Notes: generated by a model not told the origin, from the letters alone. Counted from the first letter of the stretch, positions 10,598-21,328 are shown. The stretch: 40,000 nucleotides of DNA from an uncultured Prolixibacteraceae bacterium (GCA_963783085.1 CAWAMJ010000012.1:100331-140330); one strand, 5' to 3'. Made by a program: numbers and translations.

Positions 10598-10948
10598 ATG
10601 TATCAGTATAAAGCTCTTGTTGAACGGGTTGTTGATGGCGACACCATTGACGTGATCATTGATTTGGGATTTAAAATAACAACAAACCAGCGGATAAGGC
10701 TGGCCGGTATAAACACACCGGAAACCTACAATGTGAAAAAAGATTCCGACGAATTTAAAAAAGGGATGCAGGCCAAAATTTTTGTGGAGCAGCGGCTGAA
10801 TGTCAATAAAAATGAAATATTGATAGAAACTGATAAACTTACCGGAAAATATGGCCGATATATTGGTACTATATTCCTTGCAGACAGTAAAGTTTCGCTT
10901 AACGACGAACTGGTTTCCATGGGTCTGGCGGAGTACAAAACATACTGA
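10598..10948 (+). CDS. small thermonuclease (SNase)-like protein
   Basis: VVDGDTIDV...IRLAGINTPE motif typical of the SNase fold; 116 aa. Confidence 0.6.
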   Translation: MYQYKALVERVVDGDTIDVIIDLGFKITTNQRIRLAGINTPETYNVKKDSDEFKKGMQAKIFVEQRLNVNKNEILIETDKLTGKYGRYIGTIFLADSKVSLNDELVSMGLAEYKTY

Positions 10949-11001
10949 TTTTTTGAAACAATCCCACTGAATAAACAGAATAGCAAAAAAGAAACTGACG
11001 A

Positions 11002-12066
11002 ATGGCACGATTTATAAAAAGCCGAAAAAAATCACAGGGCGCTTCTCCGGGGGCGCTTATTTTTCTTGGAAACAAAAAAATGGAACAGCCGGAATTCCAT
11101 TTAATGATTTACGACAAAGACTCTGTTTCTGAAACCCCATTGGGAAGTTTGGATGAAATACCTGATGAAATCCCCGACAATTCGGTGATGTGGATTAATA
11201 TTTTCGGTTTGCACGACATAAAAATCATTGAAACTCTGGGTGATTTTTTTGACATTCCATCGCTGGATTTGGAAGATATTTTAAATCCTGACCAACGTCC
11301 AAAATTAAGCGTAAATGAAAACAACCTGAACATTTTTCTGAAAATACTGGAATACAAGGAAGATCAGAAGCGGGTTACAGGCGATCAGATTTCAATAGTG
11401 ATCGGCAGTAATTATGTTATTACTTTTCAGGAAACGGTTACGCATTATTTTGATCCGGTGCGTGAAAGGATAAGGACAAGCAAGGGGAAAATCAGACAAT
11501 CGGGCCCGGATTATCTGGCGTACGCACTCATCGATACGTTGGTTGATGGATACATTCACAACATTGAAAATCTGGGAAGTACCATTGAAGCGCTGGAAAA
11601 AGAGGTGCTTCATCAAACACGAAAAGAAACGCTTTACCAAATCTACCAGTTGAAGACCAATGTCAGCTTTATACGAAAAAACGTGTGGCCGCTAAAGGAA
11701 ATTATGCTTTTCCTGAACAAATCCGATTCAAAGCTCATTCAGAAAAAAACCCTGAGTTATTTAAAAGATTTACAGGATCTGACAACCCAGGCGCTTGAGG
11801 CAATCGACATTTATTATAACATGACAAACGATTATCTGAATATTTACCATGCCAATGTGGGAAACCGGACAAACGACGTAATGAAAGTGCTCACCATTTT
11901 TGCGTCAATTTTCATTCCACTTACTTTTATAGCAGGTGTTTACGGAACGAATTTCGATTACCTGCCTGAGCTGCACTTTAAATACAGCTATTTTATTATG
12001 CTCGGGGTGATGCTGGCCATCGCACTGACCATGTTGTTTTATTTTAAAAGAAAAGACTGGTTATAA
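11002..12066 (+). CDS. corA: CorA-family divalent cation transporter with GTN instead of GMN
   Basis: The C-terminal two-TM region PLTFIAGVYGTNFDYLPEL...YFKRKDWL closely resembles canonical CorA. The signature codon is ACG (Thr) at 11947-11949. Confidence 0.85.
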   Translation: MARFIKSRKKSQGASPGALIFLGNKKMEQPEFHLMIYDKDSVSETPLGSLDEIPDEIPDNSVMWINIFGLHDIKIIETLGDFFDIPSLDLEDILNPDQRPKLSVNENNLNIFLKILEYKEDQKRVTGDQISIVIGSNYVITFQETVTHYFDPVRERIRTSKGKIRQSGPDYLAYALIDTLVDGYIHNIENLGSTIEALEKEVLHQTRKETLYQIYQLKTNVSFIRKNVWPLKEIMLFLNKSDSKLIQKKTLSYLKDLQDLTTQALEAIDIYYNMTNDYLNIYHANVGNRTNDVMKVLTIFASIFIPLTFIAGVYGTNFDYLPELHFKYSYFIMLGVMLAIALTMLFYFKRKDWL

Positions 12067-12084
12067 ACTAAAAAGACTAAATAA

Positions 12085-13002
12085 ATGCAAGTAATATTGG
12101 GAGCAGGTGGCGCCATTGGTAACGATTTGGCCCGCGAACTGAAAAAATACACAGCTCAGGTGCGGCTGGTCAGCCGAAATCCTGAGAAAGTGAATGACGA
12201 TGATGAACTTTTAGCCGGCGATTTAACCGACGGCGAATTTGCAGACAAGGCAGTTGCCGGTTCCGAGGTTGCTTATATAACGGTCGGATTGCAGTATAAC
12301 ATCCAGGTATGGCGGGCAAAATGGCCCGTTATTATGCAGAATGTTATTTCCTCCTGTAAAAAACACAATACCAAACTGGTGTTTTTCGATAACATGTACA
12401 TGTACGATAAAAACAAGTTGAATCCGATGACGGAAGAAACCGAAATACAGCCTTCGAGCGAAAAAGGAAAAGTGCGCGCACAAATTGCGGAAATGCTGCT
12501 GAACGAAGTTAAATCAGGAAAACTGCAGGGTTTAATTGCCCGTGCTGCCGATTTTTACGGACCCGGAATTGGCAACAGCGTTTTAAATGAAGCAGTGGTT
12601 AATAACTTGAAGAAAAGGAAAAAAGCTATTTGGTTTGGTAAGCTGAACCACCTCCACAACTTCACCTACACGCCCGATGCAGCAATGGCAACAGCACTTT
12701 TGGGAAATACGCCTTCGGCTTATGGCGAAGTGTGGCACTTACCAACCGTTCAGCCACTTACCATGCGCGAATGGATTAACAGGTTCGCTGCAGAAATTGG
12801 AACAAAACCGAATAGTATGGTCATTCCCAAATTTATGATCATTCTGATGGGATTCATCAATCCACTTATGAAAGAAACCACGGAAATGTTGTACCAGTAC
12901 GACCGTAATTACAATTTCGACAGTTCAAAATTCGAAACAGTTTTTAACGTTAAACCGACCCAGGTTGAAACTGCCATTCATGAAATTGTAAAGGCAGGTT
13001 GA
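12085..13002 (+). CDS. NAD(P)-binding epimerase/dehydratase-like (atypical SDR) protein
   Basis: N-terminal GAGGAIG Rossmann motif; 305 aa. Confidence 0.65.
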   Translation: MQVILGAGGAIGNDLARELKKYTAQVRLVSRNPEKVNDDDELLAGDLTDGEFADKAVAGSEVAYITVGLQYNIQVWRAKWPVIMQNVISSCKKHNTKLVFFDNMYMYDKNKLNPMTEETEIQPSSEKGKVRAQIAEMLLNEVKSGKLQGLIARAADFYGPGIGNSVLNEAVVNNLKKRKKAIWFGKLNHLHNFTYTPDAAMATALLGNTPSAYGEVWHLPTVQPLTMREWINRFAAEIGTKPNSMVIPKFMIILMGFINPLMKETTEMLYQYDRNYNFDSSKFETVFNVKPTQVETAIHEIVKAG

Positions 13003-13070
13003 TCCTTCCGTTTTTATTTGTATTTTTCTTTGCTTTTATTTGAATTAAAAACCAGTAATACATCATCAAT

Positions 13071-13799
13071 ATGAAAACTCTGTTAAAATCCATTTTTATC
13101 GTAGCGCTGCTTTTTTCCGCCGACCAGCTTTTATATGCGCAGCAGGATAATAAAACCACTGCAAAAGAAGAAAGACAAGGATGGCAGTTGTTGTTCAACG
13201 GACAAAATTTCGACGGTTGGCGCGGTGTGAACCAGCAGGCATTTCCGGAAAAAGGCTGGAAAGTTACCAACGGCACAATTGTTTGCACCGGTGAAAAAGG
13301 CGGAAGTGTCATTACAAAAGAAAAATACGGCGATTTTGAACTAAAATGGGACTGGCAACTGACCACGCCCGGCTCAAATTCCGGATTAAAATATTTTGTG
13401 GTGGAACGGCCGGGCGACAGTGGCGGATACGGCTACGGAATTGAATACCAGTTGCTCGATGATAAGGATTACGTTGATCGCGGCCAAATGGAAGCCAACG
13501 ATTTCCACACCACCGGAGCAGCATATGAATTATATCCACCATCGCCGGACAAAAAAGTAAATCCGCCCGGAAAGTGGAACAGTAGCCGGATTGTAAGCAA
13601 AAACGGAAAAGTGGAACACTGGCTTAACGGGAAAAAAATCCTGGATTACGATCGCTTCAGCGATGATTTCAAAGAAAAAGTGGCCGAAAGTAAATTCAAG
13701 GATGTGGAGAATTACGGAGTACATCCTGAAGGACATATTTTGCTTCAGGATCACAACAGCCCGGTATATTTCAAAAACATCAAAATCAGAAAGTTGTAA
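13071..13799 (+). CDS. DUF1080 (3-keto-disaccharide hydrolase-like) secreted protein
   Basis: Signal peptide, GWQLLFNGQNFDGWRG opening, and a C-terminal HILLQDHNSPVYFKNIKIRKL ending typical of DUF1080. Confidence 0.75.
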   Translation: MKTLLKSIFIVALLFSADQLLYAQQDNKTTAKEERQGWQLLFNGQNFDGWRGVNQQAFPEKGWKVTNGTIVCTGEKGGSVITKEKYGDFELKWDWQLTTPGSNSGLKYFVVERPGDSGGYGYGIEYQLLDDKDYVDRGQMEANDFHTTGAAYELYPPSPDKKVNPPGKWNSSRIVSKNGKVEHWLNGKKILDYDRFSDDFKEKVAESKFKDVENYGVHPEGHILLQDHNSPVYFKNIKIRKL

Positions 13800-13863
13800 A
13801 GTTGAAGAATATTACCAACAGATGTACAACCTGAAACTTCAAACTTTAAATTCTAAACTCGAA

Positions 13864-15288
13864 ATGGAACGAAGAGATTTTATTAAAACAACAGCAGCCG
13901 GCAGTCTTGCCATTACAACCGCACCGACCATTTTAACCGGCTCGCGCTGGAAAGGTGCAAACGACCGGGTGAATGTAGCCCAAATCGGCATCCACGGAAT
14001 GGGACAAAACCATATTCAGGAATACCTTAAACTGGATAACGTGGAAGTAGTTGCCCTTTGCGATGTGGATGGAAATCTTTTTGCAGAGCGCATTAAAAAT
14101 CATTTTACGGATAAAGGATTCAAAGCCCCCAAAACATATATGGACATGCGCAAAATGTTTGAAGATAAAGACATTGATGCCGTTTCCATAACCACACCCA
14201 ATCACTGGCACTCGCTGGCGGCAATCTGGGCCATTCAGGCAGGCAAACATGTTTCGGTTGAAAAACCTTGCTGCCACACCTTTCATGAAGGCCAAAAGCT
14301 GGTTGAAGCAGCTAAAAAATACGATGTAATTGTACAGGACGGAGCAGAACAACGCAGCAATCCATGTTCCATTTCGATGGCGGGTTACCTGCATTCCGGG
14401 AAACTGGGAGAAGTTTACCTGGGTAAAGGAAATTGTTACAAATGGCGCGATTCCATCGGCAGGTACCCGGACGGTCCGATGACTAAGGATGAAAAATTTG
14501 CCTTTACCATCGGCAGTAATTCTTATGTGCAACCCTATACCAAACAATACCTTTCAAAAGTAGATTACAACCTTTGGCAGGGGCCGGCGCCACTTTTACC
14601 GTTTAACCGCAACCGTTTCCACTACAACTGGCACTGGAACTGGGATTACGGGAATGGCGACATGGGAAACCAGGGCGTGCACGAAATGGATATCGCCCGC
14701 TGGGGACTGGGAGTTTCACTACCCACAAAAATCAGTTCCATCGGTGGTCATTTTGTTTTCGATGATGCACAGCAAACTCCCAATGACCAGATGACAATTT
14801 TCGAATTTCCGAATCCTGACGGCGGCGATAACAAAAAGAAAATCCTGCAATTTGAAGTACGCCACTGGATTACCAACCACGAACTGCCCACGAAAGCAGG
14901 GGATACCGGAAACGATTATATGACCAGCGCAGCAAACGAAGTTGGAAATTTATTCTTTGGCTCCAAAGGTTTTATGAGCAAAACGGTTACCGACTGGCAG
15001 GTTTTTGAGGGCCAGAAGAAAACACCAACTGATTCAGGCAGCGGGCTCGGCAACCATTACCAGGATTATATTAACGCCATTCGTGCAAACGATCAAAAGT
15101 TGGCAAAAGGCGATATTGAAGAGGGATTTTACAGTTGTGCGTTAATTCACCTTGGCAATATTTCGTACCGGCTGGGGCGCACACTGGATTTCGATCCGAA
15201 AACAATGAAATTCAAAAACGACGAAGAGGCAAACCGCATGCTCACCAAAGAATACCGTGCTCCGTTTTTACTGCCGGAAAAAGTATAA
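13864..15288 (+). CDS. Tat-exported Gfo/Idh/MocA family oxidoreductase
   Basis: Start chosen at MERRDFIKTTAAGSLAITTAP (twin-arginine signal). Rossmann region VAQIGIHGMGQNH. The track's 13663 start overlaps the DUF1080 gene and is rejected. Confidence 0.8.
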   Translation: MERRDFIKTTAAGSLAITTAPTILTGSRWKGANDRVNVAQIGIHGMGQNHIQEYLKLDNVEVVALCDVDGNLFAERIKNHFTDKGFKAPKTYMDMRKMFEDKDIDAVSITTPNHWHSLAAIWAIQAGKHVSVEKPCCHTFHEGQKLVEAAKKYDVIVQDGAEQRSNPCSISMAGYLHSGKLGEVYLGKGNCYKWRDSIGRYPDGPMTKDEKFAFTIGSNSYVQPYTKQYLSKVDYNLWQGPAPLLPFNRNRFHYNWHWNWDYGNGDMGNQGVHEMDIARWGLGVSLPTKISSIGGHFVFDDAQQTPNDQMTIFEFPNPDGGDNKKKILQFEVRHWITNHELPTKAGDTGNDYMTSAANEVGNLFFGSKGFMSKTVTDWQVFEGQKKTPTDSGSGLGNHYQDYINAIRANDQKLAKGDIEEGFYSCALIHLGNISYRLGRTLDFDPKTMKFKNDEEANRMLTKEYRAPFLLPEKV

Positions 15289-15466
15289 TACCACAAATTA
15301 TTGTATTCCGGAATTGAAACGAGCTATCCGTCTGGCGGTTTGAAACCATCCGGCGGGTTTTCGGCAGAATAATCGTTATCCGGATTCCTGAAAGAGATAT
15401 TGAGTCTGCCCAACAAGTGGGATTTACATTAATTCAGTAAAAACACACGTTGTTATATTAAAATAA

Positions 15467-16177
15467 TCATGGATTTATCGTTTCCATCAGTAGCGAAAAG
15501 TTGTCGTTGTAATGATGCCCACCCGGCAGCCGGAAAACTTTCAGGCTATTGTTTTCACTTAAGCTGTCTTTAAGCAGAAGGTTCTCGTTCTGTCCGAAAA
15601 TACAAGTCATCGGCAACCCATTTCTTTCAATCTCGCCGCCCACTTTGTATTTTCGTTGTGCATCATCGGCTGTGGCTAACAAATCGCTTAGATGTACCTC
15701 GAAATCGGTACTTGCAGAAGGTGATAACAAAGCAACTTTTTTTATTTTGTGTTGTAAATCGATGGTTAATAACCGGGGCAAAAAACTGGCCACATCGGCG
15801 CCAAAAGAATAACCTACCACAATTAACGAAGCTTTTCCCCAGTTTTTCATAAAATAGTTGGAAATCTTTTCAATGTCGCGGGCAAATATCTTGGGTGATT
15901 TTCCTTTCCAGAAATATTTCCGGCTGTTCAGCGAAACCACACCGTAACCTTTCTTTTCAAATTCTTCTTTTAACTTTTGGCTGAATGCGTTCCACCCTCC
16001 GTCGCCGGTGAGGTATAAAATCAAATCACTCCGGCTTCCTTTTACTGCAGATGTTTCAAGCGGCAAATCTCCCAGCGCCGGAATTCCCTGTGCCGTTGTC
16101 AGGTTACTGCTCATACAAATAACGGTCAATAAAACCAGCCAATAAACAACAATCTTTCTCCTCTCCATCTTCATTTC
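15467..16177 (-). CDS. VirJ/AcvB-like alpha/beta hydrolase-family secreted protein
   Basis: LYLTGDGGWNAF...GYSFGADV resembles the VirJ domain. The listed start is TTG; ATG at 16177 or 16171 (MKMERRK) precedes the signal peptide. Confidence 0.5.
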   Translation of the reverse strand, partial: EMKMERRKIVVYWLVLLTVICMSSNLTTAQGIPALGDLPLETSAVKGSRSDLILYLTGDGGWNAFSQKLKEEFEKKGYGVVSLNSRKYFWKGKSPKIFARDIEKISNYFMKNWGKASLIVVGYSFGADVASFLPRLLTIDLQHKIKKVALLSPSASTDFEVHLSDLLATADDAQRKYKVGGEIERNGLPMTCIFGQNENLLLKDSLSENNSLKVFRLPGGHHYNDNFSLLMETINP

Positions 16178-16343
16178 ATTCGAATCTGTTGGTATTTTAA
16201 AAAAGCTGTTTGCCAATTATCCCGAATTAAAATTATTTCCTGAATTTCATATTTCTGCTGCTCGAAAATCGTACCAAAAATCTGTAGTCAATCATGAAAA
16301 ATCAGTGCAGTAATCTTTCATTTTTCCGTGAAAATGAAACCAA

Positions 16344-16915
16344 TTATTCCAAATCTTTCGCATAATCCAGTGTGGTTTTAAAAAAATCGTGACGCATTTT
16401 GTCGGCATCAATATCTTTGTACATCCATATTTCGCGGTCGCCTTTTTCTTTTGATGTCCTGATTTTTACCTCTTCCGAAAATTCAGGGTGAATTATGGCT
16501 TCGACAAGTGACAAATCCCAGATGGTTCGTTCCCTCACACCCGGGTCGATGTGATTGTACCAGCGCTGCAACAAAAAATCAGTCAAATCATGCTTTCCCT
16601 TCAACTGCCCCACGGTTTCATTCCAGTCGAACTTCATTTTCGACGCCACATTTACAGGAATTACATGCAATTCAACATCAGAATTTAAAATTACTTCCAA
16701 CGCCTGAATATACGACAAGCCCAATGACTCACCTGCCACTGTGTTGCATTTAATCCGGCAACTTCCCACGATGGCTCAATTAAACCACGCACAACTGCAT
16801 ATAAATCATCCACTTCATTACCGGTATCGGCATCAATAACAACACGTATTTTTTGCTGAGAATTCGCAGATATTGCGAGGAATAACATTAAAACGAACAA
16901 AACTTTGGATTTCAT
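16344..16915 (-). pseudogene. nucleoside hydrolase-like gene, frameshifted and short
   Basis: The N-terminal fragment carries the signal peptide and the DADTGNEVDD aspartate cluster. The second ORF continues in another frame, overlapping at 16691-16769. The total of about 190 codons is well below the ~310 I recall for the family. Confidence 0.5.
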
Positions 16916-17052
16916 AAATTGTAAAATGACGAGTGACTACCCGAATAAAAGTAGTAAAGATTTGGTTTCTCTGTAAATCCCCGGGAAATGATCCGGTTAA
17001 ATTCACTGGAAGGTAACACTGTCCCATCCGAAAAAGTGGCGTTTCAATTGGT

Positions 17053-19071
17053 TCAGTTTATCCATTTGTTGTTTTTTGGACCCATTTTGTCCAAAGGAAT
17101 GGGTTGTAACCCGTAATTTTCCATAAGTTCAGGTTTTAAAAAATCCTTTACTGTTTTTCCATCTGCAACAACAGATGTATTATTTTCTTCTTTATTTATC
17201 CCTTTGTCTCTCAGAAATCGATCTTCGCAACCGATTAACAGGTTATTTTTTATGGTGTTCACATCCACGTCTTCCTGAATATTTTTCAGTCCGGGGTATT
17301 TATCCTGATACAACTCCGAATTAATATCCACGTCTTCATACAGTTTTTTCCGGATTCCCGGCGATTCCAAATTTTCCAGCCAGCGTTTTTCACCCCAGGG
17401 AGAAAAGCTCACTGCTGCGCGGCAATCGTAAAACAGGTTATTTTCCACCACGTTATCCTTTCCGCCGTGAATTTGCACACCTCCAAAATCACGGGCGCCG
17501 CATCGTTCAAAAATGTTCCCGAAAACCTGCACCCCCGAAATCATATCGTCGAGCCGAACACCGGCAGCGCCGTGGCGTGTGCCCCCCTGAACATCGGACC
17601 AGTGGTTATAGCGGACTACAATTCCCCGGTACGACGGATTGTAGAACATATCCAGCCCGCCCTGATCATCCGATTCATTTACCACATGGCTGATTTCGTT
17701 GTACTCCACGGTCATATCGTTGCCTTCGATGCGCATAGCGGAAGACGACGAATTCATAAACCGGTTGTTACGAATAACGATACCACACCCCTCTGCATGA
17801 ACAGCCGGTTCATAGGTGCGTTTAAACAATGAAAAGTCCGCAACCACCGTATTTTCCACAAAGTGATTGGCCGGGATAAGGTTTTTTCGGTCGCCCCCTG
17901 CTACATCAATGCCGCTGCAACCAAACGTGCTGAGGAAACATCCGGAGATTCCATGTCCCTTTCCGCCGCTTATGCGTATGGCGTCTTTACCAAAACGTTC
18001 AATCCGGCAGTCTGCAATCCGGCAATTTTTACCATTGTCAACCGAAATGGCGCTCCCCCGCCCTTCCCGGAAAGTTAATCCCTGAAATTTTAAGTTTGAA
18101 CAGTCATGAGTTTCAATCATAAACGGCGCACTAAAAACGGATAATGTAACGTGGGCATTTTCAGGAACCACATCTTCAGGCGGATACCAGTAAAGCAGGC
18201 CCAAATCGCGGTCAAGATAATACTCTCCGGGCTGATCGATTTCACAAAACAGGTTCAGTCCGAAATAACGGAGGCTGTCCCTGTAACCATATTTGTGAAA
18301 AGGTCCGCTGATGTAAAATACCTGTGACTGTGCATCCACTTTTGCCACTATTTGAAACTCGTCGGCCCAATCCCAGTACCAGTACCCTCCCAGCCGGACA
18401 TCTTTTTCGCCAGCCCATCGGTTTTGCCTTTTACCGAGGTATTCAAAAACACCTTCCTTCGTTCCGTGCTTTCCGATATAAGTTGGCGGTAATTCAGTTT
18501 TTCCGATGGCAAGCCCAGCTTTGGTGAAACCTTCATTTGGCCAGCGGGCGAGGGTTTGTACCTGACCGTTGCAAAACAATTCCGGTCGTTTTCCAATTTC
18601 GGTGGCATCGCCAAAGTCGGTTAAGCCTGCTGAATTCAAATTCGTAAAATATATCTTTCCTGTTATTTCGGGTGACAGAAGTTTCAGCTTTTCAGCATTT
18701 TCCAGCACCTGCCAGTTGTTTAACCTTCGGCTGCCTGTAAATACCGGTTCTTCGCTGCCGACAGCTTTGTAAACCACCGGCGAATTTTTATTCCCGGAAT
18801 CCTCCGAAGAAAATACAACCGGCTTTTCAAGGTAATAATTCCCTCCTTTAAAATTAACCACGATTGCTTTTTCCGGTGAATTTTTCAATTGTAACCTGAC
18901 GGCGCCTTTTGCTTTTTCAAAGGTTTTAAAAGGGCTGCTTTCCGCACCAGGATTTGCATCGTTTCCGGTGGGTGACACATAAAACTCCAGCGTGTTTTGG
19001 TGGGAACAGGATATTAAGAAAAACAGGATTGCCAGGTACCCCGGCTTGAACAGATGTTGTTTTATTTTCAT
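17053..19071 (-). CDS. right-handed parallel beta-helix lipoprotein (putative polysaccharide lyase/hydrolase)
   Basis: Lipobox FFLISC. Repeated PbH1-like segments (IRISGGKGHGISGC, IVIRNNRFMNSSSSAMRIEGN, VVENNLFYDC). Confidence 0.7.
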   Translation of the reverse strand: MKIKQHLFKPGYLAILFFLISCSHQNTLEFYVSPTGNDANPGAESSPFKTFEKAKGAVRLQLKNSPEKAIVVNFKGGNYYLEKPVVFSSEDSGNKNSPVVYKAVGSEEPVFTGSRRLNNWQVLENAEKLKLLSPEITGKIYFTNLNSAGLTDFGDATEIGKRPELFCNGQVQTLARWPNEGFTKAGLAIGKTELPPTYIGKHGTKEGVFEYLGKRQNRWAGEKDVRLGGYWYWDWADEFQIVAKVDAQSQVFYISGPFHKYGYRDSLRYFGLNLFCEIDQPGEYYLDRDLGLLYWYPPEDVVPENAHVTLSVFSAPFMIETHDCSNLKFQGLTFREGRGSAISVDNGKNCRIADCRIERFGKDAIRISGGKGHGISGCFLSTFGCSGIDVAGGDRKNLIPANHFVENTVVADFSLFKRTYEPAVHAEGCGIVIRNNRFMNSSSSAMRIEGNDMTVEYNEISHVVNESDDQGGLDMFYNPSYRGIVVRYNHWSDVQGGTRHGAAGVRLDDMISGVQVFGNIFERCGARDFGGVQIHGGKDNVVENNLFYDCRAAVSFSPWGEKRWLENLESPGIRKKLYEDVDINSELYQDKYPGLKNIQEDVDVNTIKNNLLIGCEDRFLRDKGINKEENNTSVVADGKTVKDFLKPELMENYGLQPIPLDKMGPKNNKWIN

Positions 19072-19112
19072 AATCGATAATGTTATTTTACATAAAGCTG
19101 ATTTACATTGCT

Positions 19113-20228
19113 CTAATTGCTGCCGGCTACAAAATCCAGTGGCAGGTTTTTGTACGTTCTGGCAAGCGTTGCAATGTTGCGGGCATCGCCGCTGAAACTG
19201 TCGATGGGCTGCGCGAGGTAATGCGAAATGGGCGGCAACAGCGAATTGCTGTCGGGTTTTACAAAACCGTACAATCCTACTCCCGCTTTTTGTGCGTCAA
19301 CAACTACTTTCTTTGCATCTTTCCGGTTCCAATTTGCCAGACAAGTAATCAACCGCGTATTTTCACCCACCATACTCCGGATGGAATCAATCTTGCTGAT
19401 ATCGCCTTCCTCATTCATCAGCCAGTCGATTTCCTGAAACATTTTCGAATTTACAATGTGCGGGTGCGTAATATCGAAACAGGTGAGCCAGATGATGCAA
19501 TCGGGATTGGTTTCTTTGGCTGCCTTGTGAATAACGTCCCAGCAAGCGGCTATGGCGCGTCGGCTATAGATTGTATAATCGTGTTCCGAAAGATTTTCTT
19601 CTCCGGGGAATGCTTTGCCCGTTAATTCTTTGTACCGCTGTTTTTCACTATCCAGCCACTTTCCGCCGGTACTGCTGCGGTTGGGCTGGTAAAACCAGTC
19701 AATCATAAACCCGTCGACACCGGTTTTGGAAACGGCATCGCGAATAACGGCGTCGAGATAATCCAGGTACTTTTGGGTATAGGGAATGTGCCGGTCTGCA
19801 GGCACTCCATAACTATATTCCGGGTTTTCCTGCCCCCAGCGCGTGTTCGAGCCGATGCATAAATATCCCATTACTTTAATTCCGGATTCGTGCCCGAGCT
19901 TCACCATTTCGGGCAAAAAATCATGTGCCAGCCCCGGCTGTGGAGGAACCACTCCGTTTTTATACCAGGCATACCCGTTACACGAAACAATGAACGTTTG
20001 AATGGTATTTGCACCCATACTTTTGTACCACGCTATATGTTCTTCCGGGTCGGCATCGGCCCATAAACCCGGCGCAGCAAAAGCATTCGGGCCACCTTCG
20101 CCCCAGTTAAAATCGAGATCATAAGCCTTTATCTCTTCCTGACCTTTTGAAGCGCCATTGTCGTTTGTACACGACAAAAGGCCGATAACTGAGATTGTAA
20201 ATACAATTGAAATGCAACATTTATACAT
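19113..20228 (-). CDS. putative TIM-barrel glycoside hydrolase-like lipoprotein (GHL6-like)
   Basis: Lipobox GLLSC. The pattern WYKSMGANTIQTFIVSCNGYAWYKNGVVPPQPGL...GIKVMGYLCIG resembles hypothetical glycosyl hydrolase families. Weak assignment. Confidence 0.4.
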   Translation of the reverse strand: MYKCCISIVFTISVIGLLSCTNDNGASKGQEEIKAYDLDFNWGEGGPNAFAAPGLWADADPEEHIAWYKSMGANTIQTFIVSCNGYAWYKNGVVPPQPGLAHDFLPEMVKLGHESGIKVMGYLCIGSNTRWGQENPEYSYGVPADRHIPYTQKYLDYLDAVIRDAVSKTGVDGFMIDWFYQPNRSSTGGKWLDSEKQRYKELTGKAFPGEENLSEHDYTIYSRRAIAACWDVIHKAAKETNPDCIIWLTCFDITHPHIVNSKMFQEIDWLMNEEGDISKIDSIRSMVGENTRLITCLANWNRKDAKKVVVDAQKAGVGLYGFVKPDSNSLLPPISHYLAQPIDSFSGDARNIATLARTYKNLPLDFVAGSN

Positions 20229-20242
20229 GGTCCGGTTTTTTT

Positions 20243-21328
20243 TTATTGTTTTAAGAATTTTAATAACATCAGCCGCGGAAAATATATTTTCTCATCTTTT
20301 ACAAGTTCATCAAACTTAAAGTTATTCACGTTGTAAGTTACCGGAATACCATCAGATTTCAACTCCGGATGCGCATTGGCGGTGTAATTGAATTCGTTTT
20401 CATTAAGTTGCGGGGTATAAAAAACCACCGGCTCTGTCCAGGGGCCTTCTAATTTCTCTGCCAGCCTGTACGCCAGCGACGAATGGCCAAAACCGAGCGT
20501 TTGAATTTGAACGTATTTATTCAACACCCGGTCAAAATGAACGGAAAATTCGGTTTGTGATTTAAACAGTACAGCAGATTTTGGTTCCTCTGTTAAATTT
20601 CCGGCCCATTTGTCGCCAATCCACCATTCCATTCCTGATAAATCTCCGTTTGAAATCTGGTCTTTTCTAAACCGAAACAGGTAAGTTTCGTGTGTACCCG
20701 GTTCTTTAACTCCAAAAGCGTACACAAAATCATTATCTTTCAGAACCGCAGAAGAACCAACAATTACCACGAATGTTTCCGGGCCTTTTACATATTTTAC
20801 ATTCCAGTTTTTGGGGTTGTCATTCGGATTAGCAATAATTGCCAGTGTCCAGCCAATCGATTCAAAACCCAGACCTTCCGAAGTCGATTTTTCTTCAAAA
20901 AGAAAAATAAGAAGTTTCCCGTTAACAACCGTTCCATGCCCGGTCCAGAACCATGTTTTTCCGGGAAGTTCAAAAAAAGCTTTGGGATTTTCGTTTGTTC
21001 CTTTCCAAAAATAGTTTAATTCGTCATTTTCAAGGTTATTCCCATTTTGAATCGCAATGGTATTATTGATCATCTTCGAGCCTTCACGTTGACCTGTCCC
21101 TTTAGTATCAATAAATGTATCACTAAAAAGCCAAAGTATTTTTCCGTTTTCCAAATCGATGGTTGCTGCACCGTCGGCCCCGCGCCAGAATTTATCGGCT
21201 GTAAAAACATGGTTATCCAATGCTGACACTTTGAACCTGCTGTCTGTTAATTCGTTATTTTGTCCGGAAAGAAATCCGGAAAAAAAAATAAGAATGATGC
21301 TAACCGCGAAAATCGTGGGCAGTTTCAT
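20243..21328 (-). CDS. DUF4185-like beta-propeller protein (putative glycosidase)
   Basis: ATG at 21328 (MKLPTIFAV, signal peptide) is preferred over the TTG at 21367, which overlaps the upstream gene. The GADGAATIDLENGKILWLFSDTFI motif resembles DUF4185. Confidence 0.45.
   Translation of the reverse strand: MKLPTIFAVSIILIFFSGFLSGQNNELTDSRFKVSALDNHVFTADKFWRGADGAATIDLENGKILWLFSDTFIDTKGTGQREGSKMINNTIAIQNGNNLENDELNYFWKGTNENPKAFFELPGKTWFWTGHGTVVNGKLLIFLFEEKSTSEGLGFESIGWTLAIIANPNDNPKNWNVKYVKGPETFVVIVGSSAVLKDNDFVYAFGVKEPGTHETYLFRFRKDQISNGDLSGMEWWIGDKWAGNLTEEPKSAVLFKSQTEFSVHFDRVLNKYVQIQTLGFGHSSLAYRLAEKLEGPWTEPVVFYTPQLNENEFNYTANAHPELKSDGIPVTYNVNNFKFDELVKDEKIYFPRLMLLKFLKQ

Noticed and set aside
13663-13863. 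N-terminal extension of the Gfo/Idh/MocA ORF, overlapping the DUF1080 gene.
   Set aside because: The extension overlaps the 3' end of the DUF1080 gene in another frame. A twin-arginine signal (MERRDFIK) begins at 13864, which is the natural start.
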